Positions 53,001 to 64,000 of a DNA stretch of 64,000 nt are shown here, piece after piece. The stretch's first letter is position 1, and every line of letters begins with the position of its first letter. The notes under the pieces are model-generated. The model searched no databases, was not told the DNA's origin, and was given only the letters and a program-made list of their open reading frames with translations. The stretch spans positions 12,945 through 76,944 of the forward strand of contig CAJJCS010000001.1 in the NCBI GenBank assembly GCA_905182755.1, given 5' to 3'. The DNA comes from Aequorivita sp. HC6-5. GTDB lineage: Bacteria; Bacteroidota; Bacteroidia; Flavobacteriales; Flavobacteriaceae. Made by a program: the position numbers and the translations under genes.

Positions 53001-56000
53001 AAACCCACTTCCTCTTTTTAACGTTCCAACGCTATTTGAGCTTTGTGATGATGCTGTTGCAGATGGTTTTACGGAGTTTGATTTATCCTTAAAGGATACT
53101 GAAATTACGGGTGGAGATCCCAACTTAGGAGTAACGTATTATCTAACTCCCCAAGATGCTGATGCTGGTACTCCTGTACTGGTTTTACCTTATACAAACA
53201 CGAGTAATCCTCAAACGGTATACCCTAGAATAAGTAATTTAACTACAGGTTGTTTTGATACCACAGAGCTGGATTTATTTGTAAATCCACTACCCATACC
53301 ATTTCCTCCAGTAGCTTTAGAGCGTTGTGATAACAACGCAGATGATGTTGCTCTTTTTGATTTAACCTTGGCCGATGCAGATATTATCGGAGATCAAACA
53401 GGTGTTTTCGTAAATTACTACCTTACTTTGGCTGATGCTCAAGTTGGCGATCCTGCTACAGCCTTACTATCTCCTTATGCAAATATTAGTAATCCTCAGA
53501 TTGTATTTGGCCGTATAGAGATTGCTGTTACAGGTTGTTTTGATGTTACTGAGTTAGAACTCATTGTATTGCCTGCCACAGATATTGGCGCTTTTGGCAC
53601 CTATGAGCTTTGTGATGATCCTATCGCTGATCAGGCTACGACCTTTGATTTAACTACCTATGATACCATTGTGGTTGCAGATCCCACAGGATTAACAATT
53701 ACCTATCATGAAACAGCTTTAGATGCTGCCGTAGGAGTGGGAGCTATACTACCTGCAGATGCGTATACTAATATCACTAACCCCCAGACTATTTTTGTAA
53801 GGATAGAGGATGTTGATGAGTGTGTCGAGCAAGGAACTTTCGAGCTTTTTGTAATCGCTCGTCCACTGTTTGATGTGCCATCTCCATACGCCTTGTGTGA
53901 AGATGATATTGCTGATGGCTTTACGCAGTTTGATTTAACGTTTAATGATGCTGCTATTTTAGGTGGTAATCCAGATTATTCATTGAGAGGGTATTATTTT
54001 AGTGCGGCGTTAGCCGAGGCAGGAGGGTTACCTTTACCAGATATTTACACCAATATTACCAACCCACAAATAATTTTTGTAAGAGTAGATGATGCCAGTA
54101 CTGGTTGTTATGGTGTACAGCCTTTAGAGCTGCAAGTAATTGCTCCAGATGCTCTTGTTCCATCTACGTATAATATTTGTGACGAGTTCCAAATGATGGC
54201 TTTGCTACCTTTGATTTAACTACTAAAGATTTGGAGATTACCGGTGGTAATCCAGATTATTTTGTGACCTATTTTGAAACTCTTGCAGATGCCCAAGGAG
54301 TTGTTAATCCTATTATAACGCCAACGGCTTACGATAATACGGTACAAGGCTTTCAGATTATTTATGCCCGAGTGGTAGATGTTTTATTCCCTGATTGTTC
54401 TAGTATCGTAGCTTTAGAGTTGCAGGTTAATGATGCTCCTGCCATTACAGATCCAATTACTGATTATTTTGTGTGTGATTTGGACGGTAACGGTATTGAG
54501 ACTTTTGATTTAACTAGCAAGGATCAGGAGATTTTAAATTCTTTGGTAGATGTTACTTTAAGCTATCATGAGAATTTTGCAGATGCAGAAGCTGGGTTAT
54601 TTCCTATCACTCCTGCCACTGGGTATGTAAGTCCTTCTGCTACTATTTGGGTACGTGCTGTAAACTATGAGGATGGAGATATTTCTAATGCTGCTTTGTG
54701 TGTTACTATAGGACAGTTTGATTTAATTTTAGGAGAGACTCCTTCTTTTAATATTATCCCAGAGATTGTAGCGTGTGATGATGAGATTGCTGATGGTATT
54801 ACTGAGTTTGATTTAAACAGTTACAATGAGATTATCACTGGTGGTAATCCAGATGTTACTGTCACGTATCATGCCACCCAGGAGTTTGCCCAAGATGGTA
54901 TTCCTGCCTTGCCTGTATTTTACACCAACACGACCAACCCTGAAGATATTTGGGTACGTGTTAGTGATGTAAGTGGTTGTTATGGTATTTTCATGAGTTC
55001 TTTGGTTGTTGTGCCTCGTCCAGAGATATTTGAGCCCTTGCCACTTATATACTGTGATGATGACAACGATGGTTTTGGGACCTTTATATTAACGGATGCC
55101 GATGAGCAGGTAGTAGGCGGTAACCCAGCGGGTAACCTAGTTGTTAGTTACCATGTTACTTTATCTGATGCTATAAACGGGGTATTGCCTTTAGTTAGTC
55201 CTTATGATAATGAGGTTCCTTTTGATCAGATTATCTATGTTCGATTGTTTGATATTGCTTCGGGATGTTATAACACCACGATTCTGCATTTACTAGTAGA
55301 GGAGCGTCCAGCCATTACCGACCCACAGCCTTTGGTTGTTTGTGATACAGATGGAGACGGCATTGCTGTTTTTAATTTAACCTCTGCAGAGCCTGATATA
55401 CTTCAAGGCTTAACGGGCGGCCCTTATGTTGTGTCTTACTTTACAGACATGGCGATGACTAGTGCTATTGTGAACCCTTTTAGTTTCAGCAATAGTGTGA
55501 ACCCTCAGACGATATATGTTACTGTTAGTGATACCAATAATGATTGTGAGAGTTTAACTACCTTAGAGCTACGTGTTGAGATCCCGCCACTGCTTATCAA
55601 TCCAACGCCACTGGAGCTTTGCGACCAGACCGATATTCTAGGGCCTGATGATGAGCTGGAGATTTTTGATTTAACCAGTAGGATAGCAGAGATAACAGGC
55701 GGAGATTTAAGTGTATCTGTTAGCTTTTTTGAGAGTTTTGCAGATTTGCAAGCAAACACCAACGCTATTGCATCTCCAACAGCCTACCAAAATATAATTG
55801 GTGGTGTTGTTCAAAACCCTCAGACTATATGGATACGCGCCCAGGATGTAAACACCTCTTGTGTTATCGATACAGGTGTTGTAACCTTAGATTTGATTGT
55901 AAATCCACTTCCTTCACCAATACTACCAACGCCACTGGAGATTTGTGATATAGACAATGATGGTTTTGGCGAGTTTACCTTGACCGATAAAGATATTGAG

Positions 56001-58460
56001 ATTATTGGCGGTGAGCCAGGAGTTATCGTTAGCTATCACGAGACGTTGAGTGATGCTCAGAATAACATATTCCCAATAGGGAGTCCTTACCAAAATATAG
56101 TAGCCGATCTTACAGTTTGTTTATGTACGTGCTACCTATGATGATGTTCCTCCTGCGTTAGGTACAGGTTGCTGGCGTGTTGTCAAGCTAGAGCTTGTTG
56201 TAAACCCAACACCTATCGTACCGATAGATTTAGAACCAATTATAGCCTGTGATCCAGATATGGATGGTTTTGAGGTGTTTGATCTCACCCAACGCGCAGC
56301 TATCATTTACGGTACTCAGGATGTAAGTCAGTACTCGTTAAGTTACTATTTAAGTGAGGTAGATGCCACAGCAGGCACCCCAGCTATTGCAAGTCCAAAC
56401 ACTTTTACCAATACTGTTACACCATTACAAACTATTTGGATCCGTTTGGAGAATGTAGATAGTGGCTGTTTTAAGTTGGGTAGTTTTGATATCCAGGTTG
56501 TTGATGGCCCCGAGGTTATACAACCCAACGCGTTTAACAAGTGTGATGATTTAGGAGAACCCTTTGATGGTATTACGACCTTTGATTTAACAACTCAGGA
56601 TGCTATTATTACAGCAGGCGAGCCGTCTGTAGGAGTACAGTATTATGAGACCCTTGCCAACGCGCAGGCAGATATTGATGCTATTAACCCTGCCACGGCG
56701 TATGTAAACCAGGTAAACTTGCAAACGATTTATGTTCGTGTTACCGATGGTAATAGTTTATGTGTAGATACAAGTGTTACCCTTACCCTAAGGGTATTGC
56801 CAAACCCTCAGCCAGAACAGCCAGATCCTATTGCGCTTTGTGATACAGATGGTGATGGTTTTGAGGTGTTTGATTTAACCATTAGAGCTGCACAGATTTT
56901 AGATGGTGAGACGTATGATTTACTGTACTATGAGACAGAGCTGTTAGCTATAGACGGCGCGCCAGGCACACAGATTGTAGATCCTACGGCGTATACCAAT
57001 ACTAGTAACCCTCAGGATATTTACATACGTGTTACCAACCCTGGTTCAGACGCTTTGTGTTTTGAGATAGTTGTTTTAACGATATCTGTAAACACGCTTC
57101 CAGATGATGGTGTTTTATTGGATGATTATGAGATCTGTGAGCTTCCATTTGATGGTATTTCTATTTTTGATTTAACGACAAAGATTCCAGAGATATTGGT
57201 TGGTCAGGATATGGTTAACAATGTGGTTAGTTTTTATGTCACCCCTGGCAGATGCTACAGCAGGTGTAAACCCAATTCCAATACCTACCACGTACCAAAA
57301 CATCACTAATCCTCAGGCTATCTATGTAGGTATTACTAATACGGCTACGGGATGTTATATAGGCGGCGTTCAGTTTTTCAACATTGAGGTGAAGCCAGGA
57401 GCTACAGCTACAGCGCCATTGCTTGCTTACACCTTGTGTGATCAAGAGGGAGAAAATGACGGTTTTACAAGTTTTGATTTAACCCTTCAGAGTTTATTGG
57501 ATGAGATTTTAAATGGTCAAGACCCTTTAGATTATCTATTGACCTTCCACGAGACATTAGCCAATGCTATGGACGCAGAGAATCCTTTGGGAGCTAGTTA
57601 TACCAATATTATCAACCCTCAGATTATTTATGCAAGGGTAGAGAACGCATCTTCTGGCTGTTATGATGTTGTAGAAGTAATCTTGAAGGTAAATCAATTA
57701 CCGGTAATTACCCTAGAGGAGAGTTATAGATTGTGTGTTGATCAAAATGGTCTTCCTATTGCCTCAGACCAGGGAGCAGCCTCACCACCAGTTATAGATA
57801 CATCTCTAGATGATGCGTTGTATAGCTTTGAGTGGAGTATAGATGGTGTTGTTCAAGTAGGAGAGAGTGGCGCTAGTATTATAGCCACTACAGGCGGGGT
57901 GTATCAGGTAAATATTACACAGTTATCAAGTGGCTGCCAGACAGTAGTTAGTACTACGGTAACGGTATCACAGGCTCCGGTTACGTGGAGTTTTAATTTA
58001 CTTAACGGGGCTTTTGCTGATAACCACAGTGTAGAGATATTGGCCGAGGGTCTTGGCGAGTATGTGTATAGTATAGATGGCGGACCCTTCCAGGAGAGTA
58101 ATGTGTTTAGTAATGTATCTCCAGGGGTGCATACTATTACCATAAAAGATGCCAATGGTTGTGGAGAGGTTAGCTTTGATATAGGCGTTGTGGATTACCC
58201 TGATTACTTTACACCCAATAACGATGGATATCACGATACTTGGAATATAATAGGCATTGCAGAGTTTGATGCAAGTGCAAATATTTACATCTTTGACCGC
58301 TACGGGAAACTGCTCAAGCAAATTAGTCCCTTTAACTCCAGGATGGGATGGAACCTATAACGGTAATGCATTACCATCAAGTGATTATTGGTTTAGAGTA
58401 GAGTACACAGAACAAGGAATACAGAAAGAGATTAGAGGACATTTCAGTTTGAAGAGATAG
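50086..58460 (+). CDS. Giant T9SS type-B CTD surface protein 3 (~2790 aa; about 4 frameshifts)
   Basis: Signal peptide (LIS-Q); unrelated tip (AFGNTLN, ALLYWAG, YADVT, GGWSIVVIYED); CARDB-like domain (ENNEDNN); diverged CD..FDL repeats; shared stalk and CTD. Confidence 0.9.
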
Positions 58461-58480
58461 TAAATAGCTATTATTTACAA
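54414..58480 (+). repeat. Shared C-terminal stalk+CTD block, copy 3
   Basis: Near-identical to copies 1 and 2 from TTAGAGTTGCAGGTTAATGATGCTCC onward. Confidence 0.95.
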
Positions 58481-58483
58481 AGT

Positions 58484-58519
58484 AAAAAACCTCTCCATTA
58501 CATATGGAGAGGTTTTTTT
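58484..58519. terminator. Bidirectional intrinsic terminator
   Basis: A6-CCTCTCCAT-TACAT-ATGGAGAGG-T7 between convergent genes. Confidence 0.9.
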
Positions 58520-58564
58520 GTAGCTAGGGTAGATGCCCGTAAACTAATAATCTAGGATTGTGTC

Positions 58565-59590
58565 TTATCCTTTTATACGGGAAGAACTGCTTCTTCTAGT
58601 AGTTGTTCTCGGTCTACTAATAGTAGAGCTTCTTTTAGGAGCAGCAGAGTTTGTATTACTTCTGGTGTTACTTCTTGTATTGTAATTACTAGTGTTTCTT
58701 TGGTTAGCGTTTTGATTATTATTATTATTATTATTTCTAGTGTTTTTGTTTGATCTACTTGAGTAGTTTGTTACGTTTCTAGAATACCTTTTGCTAGGTG
58801 TGTTTCTTGCGGTTCTAGCTCTTCTTGCAACCCTAGTACTTGATGAAGCTGTTATGTTATTTGTGCTTCTTCTTATGTTTTTTGTTCTGGCAATAGAAAC
58901 ACCCCTTGAGGCATCTCTCATGGAGTAACGATCTGTTCTTAGAGATGATCTACCGCCATAGTAATCTGAGTTTCTTCTGCCTCTACTAAATGCGTATCCG
59001 TTGTATGGATTTCCGTAGTAAGGGTTGTAGAAATTGTTATAATACCCTCCATAGTAGTATGGGTAGCCCCATCCATAGTATCCATAATAAGGGTATCCCC
59101 AACCGTATCCTATACCCCAAAAAGGGCTACACCAGTTGTATGAATATCCCCAACCTGAGCCGTACCACCAGTAAGGGCGGTTCCAACGTACTATTGGTGT
59201 ATGGTCATAAATGTTTATTGTAATATCTTTACTGTTTTCTCCCCAAGCGCCATACTCATCCTCTTCTTTGGTTTGTTGTTCAACAATGTATCCATCTTTA
59301 TTTATGCTTCCGGTAGTGGTGTAGGCGTCAATATCTGTAAATACGTTACCTTGTTCAAGGGCACCGTAAGCCTCTGTTTTTGAATTAAAATATTGTTTGT
59401 AATAGCTATCACTTGGTGGCTGTACCTTGGCTACCTCTTGGCTTTGTGTTGTATTTTGAGTATTGTAGCTAGTGTTACTGTCTTCAAAAGTAGTTTGTGG
59501 GTAACTTCCACAAGCATTTAAAAGCAGTGCTATAACACTAAGAACACTTAGGTGAACTATTTTTTTTAACGAAATAAAAGATGCTTGCAT
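58565..59590 (-). CDS. Low-complexity lipoprotein (G/Y/W-rich core, R/S/N/T-rich tail), divergent from proS
   Basis: Lipobox LNAC; FTDIDAY, GAWGEN..ITINIY; in-frame (AAT)7 tract at 58715-58735. Confidence 0.75.
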   Translation of the reverse strand: MQASFISLKKIVHLSVLSVIALLLNACGSYPQTTFEDSNTSYNTQNTTQSQEVAKVQPPSDSYYKQYFNSKTEAYGALEQGNVFTDIDAYTTTGSINKDGYIVEQQTKEEDEYGAWGENSKDITINIYDHTPIVRWNRPYWWYGSGWGYSYNWCSPFWGIGYGWGYPYYGYYGWGYPYYYGGYYNNFYNPYYGNPYNGYAFSRGRRNSDYYGGRSSLRTDRYSMRDASRGVSIARTKNIRRSTNNITASSSTRVARRARTARNTPSKRYSRNVTNYSSRSNKNTRNNNNNNNQNANQRNTSNYNTRSNTRSNTNSAAPKRSSTISRPRTTTRRSSSSRIKG

Positions 59591-59691
59591 AACAGTAGTA
59601 TTTTAATTGTTGAACATGGTAAATTTAGTTAGTTTTGCCGTAGTAAACTAATCAAAACAATATTTACAATATTTGTGCCAAACTCAAATCT

Positions 59692-61164
59692 ATGGCTAAG
59701 AACTTAACAACTCGTGATGAGGATTATTCAAAATGGTATAACGAACTAGTTATTAAGGCAGATCTTGCTGAGAATAGTGGTGTTCGTGGCTGTATGGTAA
59801 TTAAGCCCTATGGTTTTGCTATATGGGAAATGATGCAAGCAGAACTCGATAGAATGTTTAAAGAAACGGGACATCAAAATGCGTATTTTCCTTTATTTAT
59901 ACCTAAGTCATATTTCAGTAAAGAAGCAAGTCATGTAGATGGTTTTGCAAAAGAGTGTGCGGTTGTAACACATTACAGGCTTAAAACAGCAGAAGATGGA
60001 AGTATTGTGGTTGACGAAACAGCAAAGCTTGAAGAAGAGCTTATTGTGCGTCCAACCTCTGAAACTATTATTTGGGATACCTACAGAAAATGGATTCAGT
60101 CTTACAGAGATTTACCACTTTTAATTAATCAATGGGCTAACGTAGTGCGCTGGGAAATGCGTACCCGTTTGTTTTTGCGCACCACAGAGTTTTTATGGCA
60201 AGAAGGGCACACGGCACATGCTACAAAAAGCGAAGCCATTGCAGAGTCTGAGCAAATGATGAATGTATATGCAGATTTTGTTGAAAACCATATGGCGGTT
60301 CCTGTTATCAAAGGTTTAAAGACAGAAAGCGAACGTTTTGCAGGCGCTTTAGAGACCTATTGTATAGAAGCATTAATGCAAGATGGGAAGGCCTTGCAGG
60401 CAGGAACATCTCATTTTTTAGGTCAAAACTTTGCCAAGGCATTTGATGTGAAATTTGCAAACAAAGAAGGAAAACAAGAATATGTTTGGGCTACCTCTTG
60501 GGGAGTTTCTACACGTTTAATGGGCGCTTTAATTATGACACATAGTGATGATAATGGTCTTGTATTACCTCCAAAGCTAGCTCCAGATCAAGTTGTTATT
60601 GTGCCTATTTACAGAAATGATGAGCAGTTTGACGCGGTAAGTGACCTTGCCAATAATTTAATGAAGGATCTGCGCGCCAAAGGAGTGCGTGTTAAGTTTG
60701 ACAAAAGAGATACACATAAACCAGGTTGGAAATTTAACGAGTATGAGCTTAAGGGTGTGCCTTTACGCATTGCTATTGGTCCTAAAGATTTAGAAAAAGG
60801 AACTGTAGAGATGGCAAGAAGAGACACGCTAACCAAAGAGATTGTAGAAACAACCGCTGTTGTAGCTAGAGTAGAAGGACTTTTAGAAGAAATTCAAGAT
60901 AACTTATTTACCAAGGCTATAAACTACAGAACAGCGCATACTACACAGGTCTCTAGTTATGATGAATTTAAAAAAGTCTTGAATGAAAAAGGAGGATTTA
61001 TTTCTGCTCATTGGGACGGCACTTCTGCAACAGAAGAGAAAATAAAAAAAGAAACCAAGGCAACCATACGTTGTATACCCTTAGACACTGATAATGAAGG
61101 CGGCACGTGTATCGTTACAGGAAAGGTTTCTGCTAGAAAAGTATTGTTTGCAAAGGCGTATTAA
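59692..61164 (+). CDS. proS: Proline--tRNA ligase (eukaryote/archaeal type)
   Basis: [45 protein letters not shown]-terminal FAKAY; -7 element TAGTTTTG at 59630-59637. Confidence 0.97.
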   Translation: MAKNLTTRDEDYSKWYNELVIKADLAENSGVRGCMVIKPYGFAIWEMMQAELDRMFKETGHQNAYFPLFIPKSYFSKEASHVDGFAKECAVVTHYRLKTAEDGSIVVDETAKLEEELIVRPTSETIIWDTYRKWIQSYRDLPLLINQWANVVRWEMRTRLFLRTTEFLWQEGHTAHATKSEAIAESEQMMNVYADFVENHMAVPVIKGLKTESERFAGALETYCIEALMQDGKALQAGTSHFLGQNFAKAFDVKFANKEGKQEYVWATSWGVSTRLMGALIMTHSDDNGLVLPPKLAPDQVVIVPIYRNDEQFDAVSDLANNLMKDLRAKGVRVKFDKRDTHKPGWKFNEYELKGVPLRIAIGPKDLEKGTVEMARRDTLTKEIVETTAVVARVEGLLEEIQDNLFTKAINYRTAHTTQVSSYDEFKKVLNEKGGFISAHWDGTSATEEKIKKETKATIRCIPLDTDNEGGTCIVTGKVSARKVLFAKAY

Positions 61165-61242
61165 AATTTTTCAAAAAAAGTCTGTAAAGGGTTTGTTGCA
61201 TATAAAAATGTTTGTATTTTTGCAGCCGAATTAAAAACAAAC

Positions 61243-61314
61243 GGTCCGTTCGTCTAGGGGTTAGGACGCATGGTTTTCATCCATGTAACAGGGGTTCGAT
61301 TCCCCTACGGACTA
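61243..61314 (+). tRNA. tRNA-Glu(TTC), CCA not encoded
   Basis: Acceptor GGTCCGT/ACGGACT, anticodon arm CATGG-TTTTCAT-CCATG (TTC at 61276-61278), T arm AGGGG-TTCGATT-CCCCT; TATTTTTG at 61215-61222. Confidence 0.96.
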
Positions 61315-61337
61315 CAAAAAAGTTAATAAAAACAATT

Positions 61338-61589
61338 ATGGCAAATCACAAGTCAGCATTAAAGAGAATTAGAAGTAGCGAAACAAAGCGTTTACTTAAT
61401 CGTTACCAACATAAAACAGCTCGTAATGCTATGAAGCGTTTTCAAGAACTTGAAGACAAAAAAGAAGCAGAGAAGACATTGCCTTCTATCAACGGTATGA
61501 TTGATAAGTTAGCTAAGAAAAATATTATTCATAATAATAAAGCTTCTAACTTAAAATCTAACATGGCTAAGCACGTAGCTGCGCTATAG
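61338..61589 (+). CDS. rpsT: 30S ribosomal protein S20
   Basis: MANHKSALKRIR...IDKLAKKNIIHNNKASNLKS; true start at 61338. Confidence 0.97.
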   Translation: MANHKSALKRIRSSETKRLLNRYQHKTARNAMKRFQELEDKKEAEKTLPSINGMIDKLAKKNIIHNNKASNLKSNMAKHVAAL

Positions 61590-61605
61590 GTTGATTTTTA
61601 CTTAC

Positions 61606-61642
61606 AAAAAAAACTCCACTAGGAAACTAGCGGAGTTTTTTT
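61606..61642 (+). terminator. rpsT intrinsic terminator
   Basis: A8-CTCCACTAG-GAAA-CTAGCGGAG-T7. Confidence 0.85.
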
Positions 61643-61721
61643 GTGCCCTATTTTCTTGCCGGCACTTAATCAGATAATTAGGAGTATCTTTAATGTAACA
61701 TTGTACATAAAAAAACAAGCT

Positions 61722-62009
61722 ATGCGTGTTAAACTTTTCTGGAATAAGCTACATAAAGTACTGCAAGTGGGCCTTTGCCTTTTGTTTTTTGGATCTGCCC
61801 CATTACTAATAGTAATTGCTTTAGATGCCTTGTCTATTATAGATGCAGGTAATGGGCTGGGTTTTGGTCTTTTAACGCTGCTTACTTTTTACCCTTCTTT
61901 AGTTTTGATAGTGGTAGGGGGTGTGTTAACATTGTTAAAGAGAAGAAAAAATCCGCAGGTTAAGTTTAACTTTAGAGTTGTTTACCTACTAAAAACTATG
62001 TTAGACTAG
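61722..62009 (+). CDS. Small two-TM hypothetical membrane protein
   Basis: ATG 61722; two hydrophobic helices separated by DAGNG; basic KRRK after the second. Confidence 0.55.
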   Translation: MRVKLFWNKLHKVLQVGLCLLFFGSAPLLIVIALDALSIIDAGNGLGFGLLTLLTFYPSLVLIVVGGVLTLLKRRKNPQVKFNFRVVYLLKTMLD

Positions 62010-62458
62010 GGTACAAGCTTGCTGTAATCACCGCCATTTCTGGCTATGTCTCTAACTATAGAAGAAGATATAAAACCATACTCTGGGCTTGAGATTATAA
62101 AAACACTGTCTATCCCATTTACTTTATCATTGGCCTGAGCAATGGTTTGCTCATATTCAAAATCTGTGGAGTTACGCAGCCCTCTTAAGATAAACTGAGC
62201 CCCTTGACTTTTACAAAAGGTAGCAGTTAACCCATCATAAGTAGCCACTTTTATGGCATTATTATTTTCAAAAAGCTGTTCAATGGCAGTTTTTCTATCC
62301 TGCAAAGACCACATATGTTTTTTTGTTGCATTACTACCAATGGCAATAATGATAGTATCAAAAAGCGGTAATGCTCTATTTATAATATCAACATGACCCA
62401 ATGTTATAGGATCAAAAGATCCTGGGAATACAGCTATTTTTTTTGAAGTGTTTGACAC
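62006..62458 (-). CDS. coaD: Phosphopantetheine adenylyltransferase (start GTG 62458 or TTG 62509)
   Basis: FPGSFDPITLGH, LRGLR..DFEYE, ISSSIVR. Confidence 0.95.
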   Translation of the reverse strand: MSNTSKKIAVFPGSFDPITLGHVDIINRALPLFDTIIIAIGSNATKKHMWSLQDRKTAIEQLFENNNAIKVATYDGLTATFCKSQGAQFILRGLRNSTDFEYEQTIAQANDKVNGIDSVFIISSPEYGFISSSIVRDIARNGGDYSKLVP

Positions 62459-62544
62459 GGTATTTGTTTTATAAAGTAAAGATACAGATTTTATCTCTTT
62501 TCTAGTCAAGGAGTTGCTTTGCTAGCGTTTGAGAGCTTATAATA

Positions 62545-63526
62545 TTAGCCTTTAAGAGCATTTTTAAGTAGCATGGTAAAAAAAGATGTCAAGGGTATCT
62601 GGGCATCATCAAGCTGTTTTGGAATGATACTTTCTTTAGAAAGCCCTGGTGTGGTGTTTATTTCAATAAAGTATGGAATTCCATCTTGTATGATAAAATC
62701 ACTGCGAGTAACCCCCTCCATGTTAAGTAGTTTATAGATGTGCCTTGTTAACTTGCTGCACCGCTTTTTTATCTTTATCTGAAATTCTTGCGGGTGTAAT
62801 TTCTTGAGACTTCCCAAGATACTTAGCCTCATAATCAAAAAAGTCATTCTCTGAAACGATTTCTGTAGGATTTAAAACCTGTATTTGCCCTTTATCCTTG
62901 TAGGCGCCAACAGATACCTCTGTGCCTAAAAGTTCACTCTCAATAAGTACCTCTGTATCTTCTTTGTAGGCCTCAAGTAATGCCTTTGGTAGCATTTCAG
63001 CAGTTTGTACTCTACTAATACCAAAACTTGAACCAGCTCTATTAGGTTTTACAAAACAAGGTAGGCCAACTGTTTTTATTATCTCTGTGGTATCTATGGT
63101 GTCTCCCTCATTAATATAAATAGAGTTTGCGCACTTAATGCCGAATTTTTTTAAAACACTCAAGCAATCACGTTTATTGAAACTAAGTGCAGCTTGGTAA
63201 AAACCAGCGCTTGTTTGAGCTACGCCAATAAGCTCTAGGTAACAAGCAAGCATACCATCTTCTCCAGGGGTACCGTGTATGGTGTTAAAAACCACATCTG
63301 GAACAATACTATCTCCTTTGTAAGAGCATCCAAAATTTTCTTTATTAACGGCTGCTTTTGTTCCATCTGGCAATACATAGTGCCAATTGTTTTCTAGCAC
63401 ATGTACTTTATATACCTCATAGCAGGTTTTGTCTATTGCATTATAGACTACCTCTCCACTTTTTAAAGAGATTTCAAACTCACTAGAATAACCGCCCATG
63501 GCGATGGCTACTATTTTTTTATACAT
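62545..63526 (-). CDS. ddl: D-alanine--D-alanine ligase; one frameshift (~62753), probably artefact
   Basis: GGYSSE..SLKSG, HGTPGEDG, VKPNRAGSS, FDYEAKY, RSDFI, EINTTPG. Confidence 0.95.
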
Positions 63527-63673
63527 ATCAAATATAAATTGCTTAGAATATCATAAATAGATGTTTGCTATCGTTTGCAATATAAAGCTTTCGCGAAAAT
63601 ATTATTTAAAGGTAGAAAGATACTAACTTTAGGTTTCATATTTTTGTAGATTAATAGTCAATGTATCAAATTT

Positions 63674-64000
63674 ATGAAGTCTTCCTTTACAGCCAATCTA
63701 GTTAAGCAAGTATTATATGCACTTTTAGTGCTTATTACGCTTACCTTTTTGTTGTTTTGGTGGCTTAAAACAACGACCAATCATGGCCAGCAAATAGCCG
63801 TTCCAGACCTTTCAAAAATGACTGTAGTCCAGGTAGATGATGCGCTACAGGAGTTGGGTTTAAGAGCAGAGATTATGGATTCTGCAAACTACAATCCGCA
63901 GTACCCAAAATACTCTGTGATAGAACAGGTGCCAAGGCCAGGACACATGGTAAAACAAGATCGTAAAATTTATTTGGCTTTAAATCCATCTGGATATGTA
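63674..64000 (+). CDS. PASTA domain-containing membrane protein, truncated by the window end
   Basis: Manual translation MKSSF...(TM)...TTNHGQQIAVPDLSKM...SVIEQVPRPGHMVKQDRKIYL; TATTTTTG at 63639-63646. Confidence 0.85.
   Translation, partial: MKSSFTANLVKQVLYALLVLITLTFLLFWWLKTTTNHGQQIAVPDLSKMTVVQVDDALQELGLRAEIMDSANYNPQYPKYSVIEQVPRPGHMVKQDRKIYLALNPSGYV

Noticed and set aside
31144-58480. Diversity-generating retroelement (template/variable repeat pairs at C-termini)
   Set aside because: No reverse transcriptase in the window; repeats are kilobases long and differences are not adenine-specific
27008-58564. Adhesin cluster as a mobile element
   Set aside because: No transposase, integrase or terminal repeats were seen; it is flanked by core genes, consistent with in-place expansion
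58715-58735. (ATT)7 microsatellite as a contingency switch
   Set aside because: A trinucleotide unit in a disordered region; slippage keeps the frame
61212-61337. N-terminally extended S20
   Set aside because: The extension runs through the tRNA-Glu gene and its promoter; the real start is 61338
61243-62009. Island integrated at tRNA-Glu
   Set aside because: No integrase or duplicated tRNA 3' end was seen, and rpsT follows immediately

Overview
AT-rich bacterial window from a Flavobacteriaceae (Bacteroidota) genome, inferred from TAnnTTTG promoter motifs, T9SS type-B CTD proteins, fused secDF and a eukaryote/archaeal-type ProS. The housekeeping backbone is pepT, pyrD, HMG-CoA lyase, guaB, gyrB, mdh, secDF, lgt, yidD, cysS, folE, proS, tRNA-Glu, rpsT, coaD and ddl. 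Three loci stand out. (1) A probable iron-uptake unit with Fur-like boxes (c-type heme protein, DUF4856 lipoprotein, imelysin, HTTM/vitamin-K-carboxylase-like enzyme, TonB-dependent receptor). (2) A 203-aa secreted-type leader ORF ending in RAGP directly upstream of secDF, a candidate ribosome-arrest monitoring substrate. (3) A 31-kb cluster of three giant T9SS type-B surface proteins with different N-terminal tips, a near-identical ~4-kb C-terminal stalk/CTD, and a 17 x 540-bp tandem array with a hidden 3-unit higher-order period. Many genes, including essential ones, are frameshifted. Most +1 insertions read as both alleles of a third-codon-position SNP written side by side, so they are most likely consensus artefacts of mixed templates and not pseudogenes. 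One genuinely decayed gene (DUF192-like) lies between secDF and lgt. No mobile element, CRISPR or rRNA was seen. Family assignments come from motif recognition only; no searches were run.
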